From: an uncultured Bacilli bacterium
GTDB taxonomy: Bacteria; Bacillota_I; Bacilli_A; RF39; UBA660
DNA: 64,000 nucleotides
NCBI GenBank assembly: GCA_944373145.1
Contig: CALWAL010000008.1
Coordinates: 6,358-70,357, forward strand
Reading direction: 5' to 3'
The notes under the pieces were generated by a model. The model was not told where the DNA came from, did not search any database, and saw only the letters and a list, made by a program, of their open reading frames with translations. Position numbers and translations under genes: made by a program. Positions 48,871 through 60,046 of this stretch are shown piece by piece (position 1 is the first letter of the stretch; every line of letters starts with the position of its first letter).

Positions 48871-51351
48871 ATGAAAAATGATAAAATTTTTGATGATAAT
48901 TCAACAAATAATGAAGAAAAAATGGAGTCTTCCAACATCTCTAACAACAATAATAATAATAACAATAATAATAACAATAATAATAATAATAATAATAATA
49001 ATACATCTGAAATTACAACCCAATCAGAAAATTTACAAACAACAAAGGTGCAAACAATTGATGATTTTGAAACAGTAACCAATGAATTTGATGAAAATCA
49101 TTCCTACTTTGATGAAGAACTAAACATAGAAAATGCAATTAAAGAAGAAAGTGAAACCAATAATAAATCTCAACTAGATGCAAATAGTAAATCAACTTCT
49201 CAGCAACTGGTAGAAAATCCAAGTAGCATTTTCAATATTCCACTTATTTCAACTGATGATAAACCAACTGTAGACGATACCAACAAAGATACTGAAACAA
49301 ATGGAATAAACAAAGATACCAAAGAAGACTCATTCAAAAAGGCCGAAGTTGATTTTTTCTCTTTTAAATTTGACACACAACCAGAACCAACTACAGTCAA
49401 CACCTCGGAGCATTTAGAATCAACGCCTCAAAGTGATAACTTAGCAGATTTTGGTTTTGGAACCGTAATTAAACCGAAAGCAACACAAGAAATCATTCCT
49501 GATCAAAGTGATCATATCGAATTGACTAACTTTTTAAAGCCAAAAGAAAATTTAATTAAAAAGCCCGACGAAGTTAGTGAAAATGACAATAACGTTATTC
49601 GAATAAATGATGATTCTAATAGTAATCAATTTCACAATAAAAATATAATTATTAAATATTCATTATATTTTTTCTATATTTTACTTGGTATTCTTGTTAT
49701 TGTCTTTGGATATAGTATTTACAAAAATAGTACGGACTTTTCTTTAACAAGAAACGAAATAACATTAGCCACCAATTCAACCTATCAAGCTGAAATTGTT
49801 GCTAACTCTAAAATTCAAGATAACACTAAATATGAATGGATAAGTGACAATCCTAACATTGTTTCAGTTGACAATAATGGCTTGATAACTGCTTTGGATA
49901 GTGGAGAGGCAACTATTACTGTAAAAAAATCTAATAATAAAAAAACATTAAAAGTTACTGCCTTAGCCATTGCTGTTGAAAGCATTACTTTTGAAAAATC
50001 ATCAATTGAGCTTAAAGTTGGCGAAGAAACAACTTTACAACCAATTATTAATAATGACGAAACTATTGTTATCGACTTATTATGGGAGTCCAGTGATTCT
50101 AACATTGTCACAGTTGATCAAAATGGTCATATTAACGCTATAAATGTTGGATCAACAAGCATTTTTGTCTATGATGAAGTTAGTGGACTCGGTGGTGAAA
50201 TCGTTATTAACGTTAAAGAATCAGAAAAAGAAAAACCTAGTGTCAACACACCAAATAAGGATAATGATGATAAAGATGATGTTAGTATTCCTGTAACTGG
50301 TATCGCATTAAATAAATCTGATACTATTATGGAAGTTGGAGAGTATATCATTGTTAAAGCTGTCGTAAGACCTGCTAATGCAACTAACAAAAAAATATCA
50401 TGGTCATCAAGTAATAAAAATGTGGCTACAGTATCATCTAGTGGTAAAATTACTGCGAAAGGAACTGGTACTACAACTATTACCGCTAAGACAAGTAATG
50501 GGAAAAAAGCTACTATAAAAATCACAGTTACTAAAAAATTTATTAAAGTCACTAGTATTAGTTTAAATAAAGAAAAAGTTGATTTAGAGGTTGGCGAGGA
50601 AACAACTTTAAGTGCTACAATTAAACCATCTAATGCTTCTAACAAAGGCATTAACTGGTCAAGTAATGATGAAACTATTGCAACCGTATCGTCTAGTGGT
50701 AAAATTACTGCTAAAAAGCCAGGAACAGCAACAATTACAGCTACCACTAAAGATGGTAACAAGAAAGCCGTTTGTACAGTAACAGTTAAGGAAAAAGAAA
50801 TTATTGCCGTATCTGCTATCGCGCTTAACAAATCTACCTTAAGTTTAGATGAAGGAAGTTCAGCTACTCTAACAGCAATTATAACTCCATCGAATGCCAC
50901 ATATTCAAATGTTAGTTGGGAAACTAGTAATGCTGATATTGCCGAAGTTGTAAATGGTAAAGTTACTGCTAAAAAACCAGGAAAAGTTACAATTACAGCT
51001 ACTGCACATAACGGAAAAAAAGCAATATGCACTGTAACAGTTAATGAAGTCATTGTAGAAGCAACGGGCATACGATTAAATACAACACAAATAAATATTA
51101 AAGTTGGGGAAACTTATCAATTAAAAGCAACCATAAGCCCAGATAATACTACAAACAAGACATTAACTTGGATTACTAATAAAACAGGGATTATAACGGT
51201 TGAAAATGGTAAAGTCACAGCCCTTAAAGAAGGAACGGTTATAGTTACAGTAAAAACAGCTAATGGTAAAAGGGCTACTTGTTCGGTTCGTGTAACTAAT
51301 CCAGAACCAGAACCTGAACCAACGCCTGAAGAACCACCTTCTGAAACATAA
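48871..51351 (+). CDS. Membrane-anchored surface protein with multiple bacterial Ig-like (Big_2) domains
   Basis: Acidic disordered N-terminus, single TM, ~6 repeats of V..I.LN...L.VG....L.A.I.P.NATNK...W.SS...VATV..GKITAK..G. Confidence 0.85.
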   Translation: MKNDKIFDDNSTNNEEKMESSNISNNNNNNNNNNNNNNNNNNNNTSEITTQSENLQTTKVQTIDDFETVTNEFDENHSYFDEELNIENAIKEESETNNKSQLDANSKSTSQQLVENPSSIFNIPLISTDDKPTVDDTNKDTETNGINKDTKEDSFKKAEVDFFSFKFDTQPEPTTVNTSEHLESTPQSDNLADFGFGTVIKPKATQEIIPDQSDHIELTNFLKPKENLIKKPDEVSENDNNVIRINDDSNSNQFHNKNIIIKYSLYFFYILLGILVIVFGYSIYKNSTDFSLTRNEITLATNSTYQAEIVANSKIQDNTKYEWISDNPNIVSVDNNGLITALDSGEATITVKKSNNKKTLKVTALAIAVESITFEKSSIELKVGEETTLQPIINNDETIVIDLLWESSDSNIVTVDQNGHINAINVGSTSIFVYDEVSGLGGEIVINVKESEKEKPSVNTPNKDNDDKDDVSIPVTGIALNKSDTIMEVGEYIIVKAVVRPANATNKKISWSSSNKNVATVSSSGKITAKGTGTTTITAKTSNGKKATIKITVTKKFIKVTSISLNKEKVDLEVGEETTLSATIKPSNASNKGINWSSNDETIATVSSSGKITAKKPGTATITATTKDGNKKAVCTVTVKEKEIIAVSAIALNKSTLSLDEGSSATLTAIITPSNATYSNVSWETSNADIAEVVNGKVTAKKPGKVTITATAHNGKKAICTVTVNEVIVEATGIRLNTTQINIKVGETYQLKATISPDNTTNKTLTWITNKTGIITVENGKVTALKEGTVIVTVKTANGKRATCSVRVTNPEPEPEPTPEEPPSET
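48943..49002 (+). repeat. (AAT/AAC)20 trinucleotide tract encoding poly-Asn
   Basis: 20 consecutive Asn codons in frame. Confidence 0.9.
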
Positions 51352-51352
51352 A

Positions 51353-51408
51353 ATAAAAAAAAGGTTATTAAATGATGCCAATTATTACATCAAAAAATAA
51401 CCTTTTTT
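51353..51408. terminator. Bidirectional terminator between convergent genes
   Basis: AAAAAAGGTTATT...AATAACCTTTTTT inverted repeat. Confidence 0.65.
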
Positions 51409-51432
51409 ATTTTACATCATATCTAATTAAAA

Positions 51433-52248
51433 TCATAGAAAAAGTATAACTAGACATCCAACAACCGTACAATAAATTACAAAGTAGATTAATTTACCTT
51501 TATTAACAATCTCTCTAAACCATTTAGTTACTAAAAATGTAACTATTAATGAAATTAAAAATGCTACAAAATAATAAATTAAAATTTCCACTGTTAAAGA
51601 AGAATTAAGAATATTACCAATTTCTAACAACATAGCAGCGACACTAATTGGAATATATAACATAAAAGAATATTTAAACGCCGTGTCTCTTTTTAAGCCT
51701 TGAGTTATTCCACCAACAATTGTTGAACCGCTACGGCTTATGCCGGGAAATAAGCCTAAAATTTGAAAAAAGCCAACCATTAAAGCATTTTTTACTGTAA
51801 TATCATAATCACCTTTTTTACCCTTAAAATTACGAATAATAAATAATAATATAGCCGTAATTACAAGTGATAAACCAACAATTTTAATATTATTTTCAAT
51901 TTTAGCAAACACATCTAATTTACTTACAAGCAGTCCCATTAAACCAGCCGGAATACACCCAAGAACGATTAACCAACAATACTTATAACCACTTTTATAC
52001 TTTTCCTCTTTTGTTTTTAAATATCCAAAAAAGCATTTAATCAACTCAATAATATCTTGTCTAAATAAAATAATAATCGCCAATAAACTACCAAAATTAG
52101 TAACGACAGCTAAAGTGTCAAAATCAACTTCTAAACTAATTAAGCGTTTAAATATCATCAAATGGCCACTTGAAGAAACCGGAATCGTTTCTGTAAATCC
52201 TTGAATAAATCCTAAAAACATATATTTTAATAATTCTATAAAACTCAT
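51433..52248 (-). CDS. uppP: Undecaprenyl-diphosphate phosphatase
   Basis: GFIQGFTETIPVSSSGH, PGISRSGST, AFKYSFML; RBS TAGGTGA before ATG 52248. Confidence 0.93.
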   Translation of the reverse strand: MSFIELLKYMFLGFIQGFTETIPVSSSGHLMIFKRLISLEVDFDTLAVVTNFGSLLAIIILFRQDIIELIKCFFGYLKTKEEKYKSGYKYCWLIVLGCIPAGLMGLLVSKLDVFAKIENNIKIVGLSLVITAILLFIIRNFKGKKGDYDITVKNALMVGFFQILGLFPGISRSGSTIVGGITQGLKRDTAFKYSFMLYIPISVAAMLLEIGNILNSSLTVEILIYYFVAFLISLIVTFLVTKWFREIVNKGKLIYFVIYCTVVGCLVILFL

Positions 52249-52332
52249 TTTATCACCTAGTACATTATATCTCATTTCTTAGATTTAATAAATAAATTTA
52301 AACTTTTTTAATAAAATTAATTAGGTGATAAA

Positions 52333-52551
52333 ATGTTATTGTATTTTTTATTTTTAATCATAAGTATTATTTTATCTTCTCTAGGTTTAACCTATTATTT
52401 AATTTCCCTAAATGTTTTAACACTTGGGTATACTTTTAGTGAATATATCCATTTTATTAGTAGTAATTTATTATTTTGGAGTTTTCCTCTTGGCATAATT
52501 ATTTTAGTTATATGTATCTATTTAGGAGGTCACAATGAATTACATTTATGA
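52333..52551 (+). CDS. Small two-TM membrane protein
   Basis: AGGTGA RBS, hydrophobic; overlaps next gene. Confidence 0.6.
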   Translation: MLLYFLFLIISIILSSLGLTYYLISLNVLTLGYTFSEYIHFISSNLLFWSFPLGIIILVICIYLGGHNELHL

Positions 52552-53155
52552 TATTTATGCAAATATAAATAAAAAATATTATGATATTTATGATTGGCAA
52601 AAAAAAGATAAAATTATACATATAAAAAAGATTCCTATTTTTAAAATTAAAAGTAGCGACTTGCAAAAATTTATTAAAGATGAGATAAAATTAGATGAAA
52701 CTTTTGTAAAAAGCATTAAAAACAAAACTGAATTCTTCAACAATAATCTAAACAGTAATTTTTGTGCATTTACAGATATGCGTGACGAGATTATAACTAA
52801 AATAAGCAACAATGGAAACATAATTGGAAAATCATCTATACACTTTACAGACAGATACAATGCTACAAATGCCTTTAAAAAGATAAATTTAAGTAATATT
52901 GATTACAAAATTACGAAAGTTATTCCACTTGATTCTGAAAATAGATATGAAAAGATAAGAAGAAATTTTTTAATGAAAAATATTGATATACTAAGTAAAG
53001 AAAAATTAACCTACTTATATTTTGAATGTTTTGAACAAAAAGTTGATAATGAAAAAATTATTAAAAATCATCTAAAAAAAGAAATTGTTAAACAAAATGA
53101 AAAAGTATGCACAACCATTTCTAATTTTTTAAAACTTATTTGCGCACCTAACTAA
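52535..53155 (+). CDS. DUF3603 (YjbA-like) protein
   Basis: MNYIYDIY.N...YD.YDW...D.I.HIKKIPIFKI, C-terminal YLYFECF. Confidence 0.6.
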   Translation: MNYIYDIYANINKKYYDIYDWQKKDKIIHIKKIPIFKIKSSDLQKFIKDEIKLDETFVKSIKNKTEFFNNNLNSNFCAFTDMRDEIITKISNNGNIIGKSSIHFTDRYNATNAFKKINLSNIDYKITKVIPLDSENRYEKIRRNFLMKNIDILSKEKLTYLYFECFEQKVDNEKIIKNHLKKEIVKQNEKVCTTISNFLKLICAPN

Positions 53156-53183
53156 CTATGGTATAATTATCAAGAGGTGCTTT

Positions 53184-54287
53184 ATGGAAATAAAAATTAC
53201 TGATTTAGATCATCAAGGCCGTGGAATTGGAAGAATTAATAATAAAATTGTTTTTATACCAAATACAATACCTGGTGAAATTGTTGAAATTAAAATTATA
53301 AAAGAAAAGAAAAAATATACGGAGGGACAAGTAAAAAGTTTTATTCAAAAGAGCAAAGATAGAATTGAAAATTTGTGTCCTTATTATCCAAGTTGTGGGG
53401 GATGTCAATTATTGCACTTACCATATCAACAGCAGTTAATCTATAAACAAAAAAAATTGCAAAATATTTTTTCAAGATATGGTCTAAATAATATAATAAT
53501 AAACGAAATTATTGGAAGTCCTCAAAAATTTCATTATCGCAATAAAGTTACTTTTCACATTCAAAATAATCAACTAGGCTATTATTTAAATAATAGTAAT
53601 AAAATTATTCCTATAAATGAATGTTTATTGTTAAATGAAACAATCAATCAAAATATCACAAAATTACCAAAAAATAATAATCAAATTATAGTCCGCAGTA
53701 ATAATAAAGAAATTACTTATCAACAAGATAAAAAAATTATACACACAATTGTTGATTATAAATTTTTGGTTTCAATTAAATCATTTTTTCAAATAAATGA
53801 TTATGTGACACCTCTACTTTATAATCAAATAAAAAAGTATCTTAATCCTAAAAAGAGTGATGTAATTTTAGATTTATATTGTGGAACTGGCACAATTGGA
53901 ATATACATTAGCAAGGATGTTCGTGAAGTTGTTGGCATTGAAGTCAACGCACAAGCCATTGAAGATGCCAAAACTAATGCACAATTAAATAATATAAAAA
54001 ATATTAAATTTATATGTGGTGATGCTGGTACTGAAAGTAATAAACTTAAAAATAAATTTGATAGTATTATTGTAGATCCACCTAGAGCCGGATTAAATAA
54101 AAATACAATTGATGCTATTATTAATTTTAAGCCAAATAAATTAGTCTATGTATCATGTGATCCTATGACACTAGTACGAGATTTAAATATTCTAAAAAAA
54201 TACTATAATATTATTGAAGTTACACCATTTGATATGTTCCCTAATACTTATCATGTAGAAAGCGTATCACTACTAACACTTAAATGA
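53184..54287 (+). CDS. rlmD: RNA (uracil-5)-methyltransferase, RlmD/TrmA family
   Basis: TRAM domain, CPYYPSCGGC, SFFQIN, LDLYCGTGTIG, VDPPRAG, YVSCDP, DMFPNTYHVE. Confidence 0.88.
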   Translation: MEIKITDLDHQGRGIGRINNKIVFIPNTIPGEIVEIKIIKEKKKYTEGQVKSFIQKSKDRIENLCPYYPSCGGCQLLHLPYQQQLIYKQKKLQNIFSRYGLNNIIINEIIGSPQKFHYRNKVTFHIQNNQLGYYLNNSNKIIPINECLLLNETINQNITKLPKNNNQIIVRSNNKEITYQQDKKIIHTIVDYKFLVSIKSFFQINDYVTPLLYNQIKKYLNPKKSDVILDLYCGTGTIGIYISKDVREVVGIEVNAQAIEDAKTNAQLNNIKNIKFICGDAGTESNKLKNKFDSIIVDPPRAGLNKNTIDAIINFKPNKLVYVSCDPMTLVRDLNILKKYYNIIEVTPFDMFPNTYHVESVSLLTLK

Positions 54288-54428
54288 TTAAATTTTTAAC
54301 TGATATTACTATCAGTTTTTTTATTACCAAATAAATAAAATCTCAATATTTTTAAAAAATTTACTTACACAAAAATTTTTTTATGTTATAATTCACTTTG
54401 TTCGCCAAAAAATAAAGGAGTGATATTT

Positions 54429-56380
54429 ATGAAAGATTTAGATTTAGGAAATGAAAAAATTGGCAAATTATTATTAAGTTTTTCTATTCCCTGCATTATA
54501 TCAATGCTAGTTGGGGGCACTTTATAACATTGTCGATCAAATATTTATAGGTAATGGCGTTGGATATATGGGAAATGCTGCTACAAATGTTGTATATCCA
54601 TTTACTGTTATTGCTCTTGCCTTGGCTTTGCTTATTGGTGATGGAGCATCTGCTATTTTCAGTTTATATTTAGGAAAAAAAGATTATCAAAGCGCTAACA
54701 AAGGAGTAGGTAATTCAATTATCTTAATGCTTATTATATCAATTATAATTACTGTATTTGGTTTTCTTTTCAAGAAAATATTTTAACAATTTTTGGAGTT
54801 ACTAATGGTACATACATATACGCCAAAGATTATTTTCAAATTATTTTATTAGGAATCCCATTTTACGTTTTAACATCCGGTTTAAATGGTATCATAAGAG
54901 CTGACGGCGCTCCAAAATTTGCAATGTTTGCTACTTTGCTTGGAGCTATACTAAATATTATTTTAGACCAATTGCTATTTTCATTTTTAATATGGGAGTT
55001 AAAGGAGCAGCGCTTGCAACCATTGCTGGTCAAATAATATCTTGTATAGTTACTTTCTTATATTTTACTAAGCCTAAAAAATTAAAATTATCAAAGAATA
55101 CATTAAAACTAAACAAAAACATTTGTAAAAAAATATGCTTATTAGGGATTTCAAGTTTCATTACACAAATATCTATTGTTATAGTAATTGCAGTTGCTAA
55201 TAATATGATAGTAAAATATGGTTCTTTATCAAAATTTGGTGCTGATATTCCCCTTTCAGTAGTCGGTATTGTTATGAAAGTCTTTGGCATTGTCATCGCA
55301 CTAGTTATTGGAACATCTATTGGTGGGCAACCAATAATAGGTTATAATTTTGGCGCTGGAAAAATTGATAGAGTAAAGAAAACTTTTAAGTTAATTTTAA
55401 TATCAAATACCATTATTGTAATTATTACCTTTATTTTATTTGAATTTTTCCCTCAATATATTATAAATATATTTGGTAGTGAAAGCAGTTTATACAACGA
55501 ATATGCAATTATGACTTTTAAAATATATTTATCTGGTATAATTTTTACATGTTTTACCAAAAGCTGTAGTATATATTTACAATCAATGGGAAAGTCAATT
55601 AAATCAATGATTTTATCATTAGCTAGGGATATTGCTATATTTATTCCTTCTTTGCTTGTATTAGCAAAATTTTATGGAGTAGTAGGTATGCTTTGGGCAG
55701 CTTTGATTGCAGATATTTTGTCATTTATTTTAGCTTTAATCATTCTAAAATTTGATAATAAAAAAGAAAATATGAACGAAGAAATAAATAATACTAAAGT
55801 CTTAGACGAAATCAATTTAATTCCAAATAATTATGTAATCACTATTTCAAGAGAATATGGTTCGGGTGGAAGATATATTGGTGAATTATTAGCCAAAGAA
55901 TTGAATATTAAATTTTATGATAAAGAAATTATACGTTTAGCTTTAGAAGAATCTGGCTTGTCAGAAAAATATATTAAAGATAATGAGCAAATAAAAAATA
56001 GCTTCAATATATACTACAACAATGATGATAATATCTTTCTAGTAGAATCCGAAATTATAAAGAAAATCTCTAAAGAGCCTTGCGTTATTATAGGTAGATG
56101 TGCTGATTATATATTAAAAGATAATAAAAATGTTTATAGTATATTTTTATATAGCGATTTAGAAAACAAAATTAAAAGATGTACAAAATACTATGGTATG
56201 CAAGCAAAAGAAGCTAGTAAAGAAATAAAGAATATAGATAAAAGAAGATCTAAACATTACGAATATTATACTAATCGTAAATGGAAAGACTTTACAAATT
56301 ATGACTTAACAATCAATGTTGATAAATTAGGAGTCGGCGGTACAGTGAAAGCTATTAAAAATATAATTGAAAATAAATAG
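54429..56380 (+). pseudogene. MATE efflux transporter fused to cytidylate-kinase-like domain, broken by three frameshifts
   Basis: AAAGGAG RBS then MKDLDLGNEKIGKLLLSFSIPCIISMLVG; extra G at 54513-54517, missing T at ~54767-54770, missing C at ~54968; corrected sequence gives ALYNIVDQIFIG, IRADGAPKFAM, NIILDPIAIF..MGVKGAALAT; C-terminal ITISREYGSGGR. Confidence 0.8.
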
Positions 56381-56527
56381 TTTTAAATGGTACCATAAAA
56401 TAACTATATATAATAGACAACAAAATTGAATTTAAACCATCATTTTTATAAAAAGAAAGATAGTTTTTTATTTTATTTTAAAAAATAATAATGTATAATT
56501 GACTTATAGAATATAATGAGGTGAGTT

Positions 56528-56908
56528 ATGAAAAAGTATATATGGCGGTATATCTTTATTGGTATTTTAATTATTATTTTATTTTTAACAAGAGATATTC
56601 AACCTAAAATTTTTATTGGAGAATTGAGTGATTATATAGATGGTGGATTAAGCAATAGCTTAAATGGCAATTATCAAGTTTTATTGGTAAATACTTGCTT
56701 TGTTTTTATCTTAAGTATTGCAACCATTTTGACGACTATTTCTAAACAAAACAAAGTTAAACACAAATATATAATTGCAACAATTCTTTTTATTGCACTA
56801 TTCTGTATTTTACCATTTATAAAACAAACATATTTTGGTGGTATTAATGAAAGTGCCGGTGAACAATTCTTTTCTATCATCTCATATATTATTCACATTT
56901 TGGGCTAA
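56528..56908 (+). CDS. Hypothetical membrane protein
   Basis: GAGGTGA RBS, three TM helices. Confidence 0.55.
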   Translation: MKKYIWRYIFIGILIIILFLTRDIQPKIFIGELSDYIDGGLSNSLNGNYQVLLVNTCFVFILSIATILTTISKQNKVKHKYIIATILFIALFCILPFIKQTYFGGINESAGEQFFSIISYIIHILG

Positions 56909-56923
56909 AGAAAGAGGGAAAAA

Positions 56924-57412
56924 ATGAATAAAGTTCAAATAAATATTAGAAATTACGGAACTATTGAAGTTGATTTAGATGCTAATAATGCACCAATTAC
57001 TGTCGCAAACTTTTTAAAGTTAGTTAATGAAAAGTTTTATGATGGTCTAACATTTCATCGAATCATTAATGGTTTTATGATTCAAGGCGGTGATCCTTTA
57101 GGAAATGGTACTGGTGGTAGTCCTAATAAAATAAAAGGTGAATTTTTAGCTAATGGTATTACTAATCGTATTCCACATGTCCGTGGAACAATTTCCATGG
57201 CTCGTTCATCAGATTACAACAGCGCTAGTTCTCAATTCTTTATTGTACACAAAGATAGCCTATTTTTGGATGGACAATATGCTGCTTTTGGTACTGTAAC
57301 TAAAGGAATCGAAATTGTAGATGCTATTTGCCAAAACACAAAAGTTATTGATTCTAATGGCACTGTTTTAAAAGAAAATCAGCCTATTATTGATAGTATT
57401 ATTGCACTGTAA
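56924..57412 (+). CDS. Cyclophilin-type peptidyl-prolyl cis-trans isomerase
   Basis: APITVANF, FYDGLTFHRII.GFMIQGGDP, GTISMAR, SQFFI, LDGQYAAFG. Confidence 0.95.
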   Translation: MNKVQINIRNYGTIEVDLDANNAPITVANFLKLVNEKFYDGLTFHRIINGFMIQGGDPLGNGTGGSPNKIKGEFLANGITNRIPHVRGTISMARSSDYNSASSQFFIVHKDSLFLDGQYAAFGTVTKGIEIVDAICQNTKVIDSNGTVLKENQPIIDSIIAL

Positions 57413-57668
57413 AATAGACATTAGTCTATTTTTTTATTGATTAACTTAGTTAAATGTTACTTACTACCTATTTATTTTAATAATTTATTAACTGTCAAGT
57501 TATTTACATGCTATTAATACATTATTAGTTATTAAAATATTCACAAATTAATTTTAATCAATAAATATTAAAACAAAAAATTGTAAGAGAATAAAATATA
57601 TTAAAATCTTTTTATTTTTATTAAAAATATGTTATAATTACTTATAGATATGATAAAGGAGTGACATT

Positions 57669-58511
57669 ATGGAGGTAATAAGTCTATTAACAGATGAACC
57701 ATTAGTTGTTGCTGCAGTAAAAAATAAAATTAAAAGTTTCATTACACCAGATTTATATCGAGACTTAGAAGATTTTATTAAAGATAATCCAACATTTGAG
57801 GAATTTAAAAAAAGAGCAAAATTTAATGAAGCTTATAGACGAGCTCTTAATTGGGATGCACACAATTTAACTGAAGAAGAATATCAACAAATTTTAGAAG
57901 ATTTAAGAGCAGAATTAGAAAATAAGATGAAAATTGAAAAAGATAAAATTAGCACCGTAAGCGCTCATGGTAAAGAGGTAGTAACTTATCAAAAGGATGA
58001 TGGTACTGTAATTGCTGTAGATAATTCTTATAGTGACAAATCAATTCAAGAACAATTAGATGAAATCCAAGATAAATACTCACGTTTCCGTACTAATGGA
58101 GAAACAAACACAGATGAGATAATGGCATTTGTTCAAAATGAAGTCAAGCCTGAGGCAACTTTTCAAAGTGCTGATGCAATTGATACAACTACATTAAATA
58201 GTGATGATAGTCAAATTGTTGCTGCTGCTCAAGCTTATCAAGATACCACCGATGAGCCAATCAGTGTTAATTTAGATGATGGCTTAATTTTAGATCAAGG
58301 ACAAGTATTAGAAGTTAAACCAATTGATGGAGAAATGCAAATCATTGCAGCTGATGAAATCGATGAAGATCAAAAGAAAACCAAAAAAACTAAAGCAAAA
58401 CAAAAAGTATTGAAAAGAGAAACCCTAAAAGAGGCTGGCTTCTCAGATGCAATTCTTATTTCCCTTCTTTCAGGGATGCTACTAGGAATGGCATTATTTA
58501 TATTCTTTTAA
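57669..58511 (+). CDS. Hypothetical acidic protein with C-terminal TM anchor
   Basis: AAGGAG RBS; ends KAKQKVLKRETLKEAGF + hydrophobic helix. Confidence 0.6.
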   Translation: MEVISLLTDEPLVVAAVKNKIKSFITPDLYRDLEDFIKDNPTFEEFKKRAKFNEAYRRALNWDAHNLTEEEYQQILEDLRAELENKMKIEKDKISTVSAHGKEVVTYQKDDGTVIAVDNSYSDKSIQEQLDEIQDKYSRFRTNGETNTDEIMAFVQNEVKPEATFQSADAIDTTTLNSDDSQIVAAAQAYQDTTDEPISVNLDDGLILDQGQVLEVKPIDGEMQIIAADEIDEDQKKTKKTKAKQKVLKRETLKEAGFSDAILISLLSGMLLGMALFIFF

Positions 58512-58538
58512 TTAATTTTATAGAAAGGGGCATTTATA

Positions 58539-59180
58539 ATGAATGAACAACAAAATCAATTAAATTCAATACCATCTAATCAACCAATGAATACTAATCA
58601 AGGAGCAATACCAACCACGCCAATCATGACACAAGCACCAGTCACTCCTGTAGTGTCAGGTTCTGCCGAAGCAAACACTCAAATTAATCCAATTGCTCCA
58701 AATGAACAAGCTACTCCAGTGGTTCCTGTAGAAAATCCGGCATCTATAATTTCTCCTGCTCCAGTTGTTGTTAAACCAAACATGGAAAGCCAGCAAAGTA
58801 CAAGCGGTGATGACATTACTTTTGATTATAATCAATTATATGCTAATCAAATAACAGCTACACCAACGCAAGCACAAGCTGAAAATAATACTCCTGAAAT
58901 ATCAGCGCTTCAAGAAACACCAATCGTGTTTGCAGAAGAAAAGAAAAATGATCAAACTACAGTTAAAAATGTTATTCCAGCTTTTGACACAAGAGCATTA
59001 GAAGATAATTTAGATGATGAAACGGTTCAAACAAATGAACAATTAATTAATAGCATTAAATCAGAATCACAACAAGAAAAAGATCAATATAAAAAGAATT
59101 TAATATTTATTTTAGTTTTCTTTGGTATTTTAGTTGTTGCTGTTTGGTTTATTTTCCCGTTAATTGCAGGTTATAAATAA
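58539..59180 (+). CDS. Pro/Gln/Thr-rich low-complexity protein with C-terminal TM anchor
   Basis: Disordered composition, C-terminal LIFILVFFGILVVAVWFIFP. Confidence 0.6.
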   Translation: MNEQQNQLNSIPSNQPMNTNQGAIPTTPIMTQAPVTPVVSGSAEANTQINPIAPNEQATPVVPVENPASIISPAPVVVKPNMESQQSTSGDDITFDYNQLYANQITATPTQAQAENNTPEISALQETPIVFAEEKKNDQTTVKNVIPAFDTRALEDNLDDETVQTNEQLINSIKSESQQEKDQYKKNLIFILVFFGILVVAVWFIFPLIAGYK

Positions 59181-59237
59181 AAAAACATATAACTGAAATT
59201 ATGCACATAATTGTGTATATTCAGCTATATGTTTTTA
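59180..59237. terminator. Bidirectional terminator
   Basis: AAAAACATATAACTGAA...TTCAGCTATATGTTTTT long imperfect hairpin between convergent genes. Confidence 0.65.
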
Positions 59238-60008
59238 TTTTGTAATAATAAGTTCTTGCCCAATATATAATAAATTATTTGTTAAATTATTTAATTTTTT
59301 TAATTCATCTACAGTTAAGTTATATCTTTTAGCAATACTATATAAAGTGTCACCTGCTACGACTGTATATGTTCCTAGAGGCATAACAGTTGGTATTTTT
59401 AAAACTTGTCCAACTTGTAAAAATGATGAAGTTAAATTATTGTTATTCATTAAATCATTGACTGTAGTATTGTATTTTTGAGCTATACCATATAGGGTAT
59501 CACCTTTTTTAACAACATAAAAATCAACTTCACTAGCGTTATCACTATAACTTACTTTTAAACGTTGACCAATTGTTAATAAATTTGATGATAAATTATT
59601 AAGTTTCTTTAATTCATCAACTGTCATACCATATTTTTTTGAAATACTATATAAAGAATCACCAGGCTGTACAACATAATAATCAACTGTTGTTGGTATG
59701 TTATGTGGATAACCTATATATTCTAAAACACCTTGTACAACAGCTTCAGCATACTCTTCCCAATTTTGTTTTATTTGCATTGGATCGTCTTTAGTACTAT
59801 CAAGGAAGCCATATTCAACAATTATACTTTGTGTATCTCCAGTGTTACGATGCATGAAATAATAATCTTTTGAAGGATTAGTTGTAGATTGACGTTGGTA
59901 TGCTCGTCTAATGTTCTGACCTGTTTCTCCTAGTTTATTTAAAATTAATTGTGCTAAAGTTGCATCATTGCGAAGAGCGTAAATTACTTCAGCACCATCG
60001 CCACCACG
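59235..60008 (-). pseudogene. 3' part of an N-acetylmuramoyl-L-alanine amidase (Amidase_3) + 3x LysM gene, interrupted by an integrated element
   Basis: Frame stays open 5' of the annotated Met (59855): RGGDGAEVIYALRNDATLAQLIL...DYYFMHRNTGDTQSIIVEYGFLD, then three LysM repeats; in-frame TAG at 60015-60017, with no RBS/start and no N-terminal Zn ligands. Confidence 0.8.
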
Positions 60009-60046
60009 AATATTCTACTCTCCACTACAACTTATTTTTAAAAAAA

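Noticed and set aside
50169..51071. 300-aa minus-strand ORF and the other short antisense ORFs in the track (e.g. 2688, 5418, 27155, 48822)
   Set aside because: Shadow frames of well-supported genes on the opposite strand, with no RBS or family motifs; the poly-Leu ORF is the reverse of the poly-Asn tract
57420..57660. dif site or ncRNA in the long AT-rich intergenic region
   Set aside because: Only weak palindromes (TTAACTTAGTTAA); no adequate match to the Firmicutes dif consensus and no GC-rich structure
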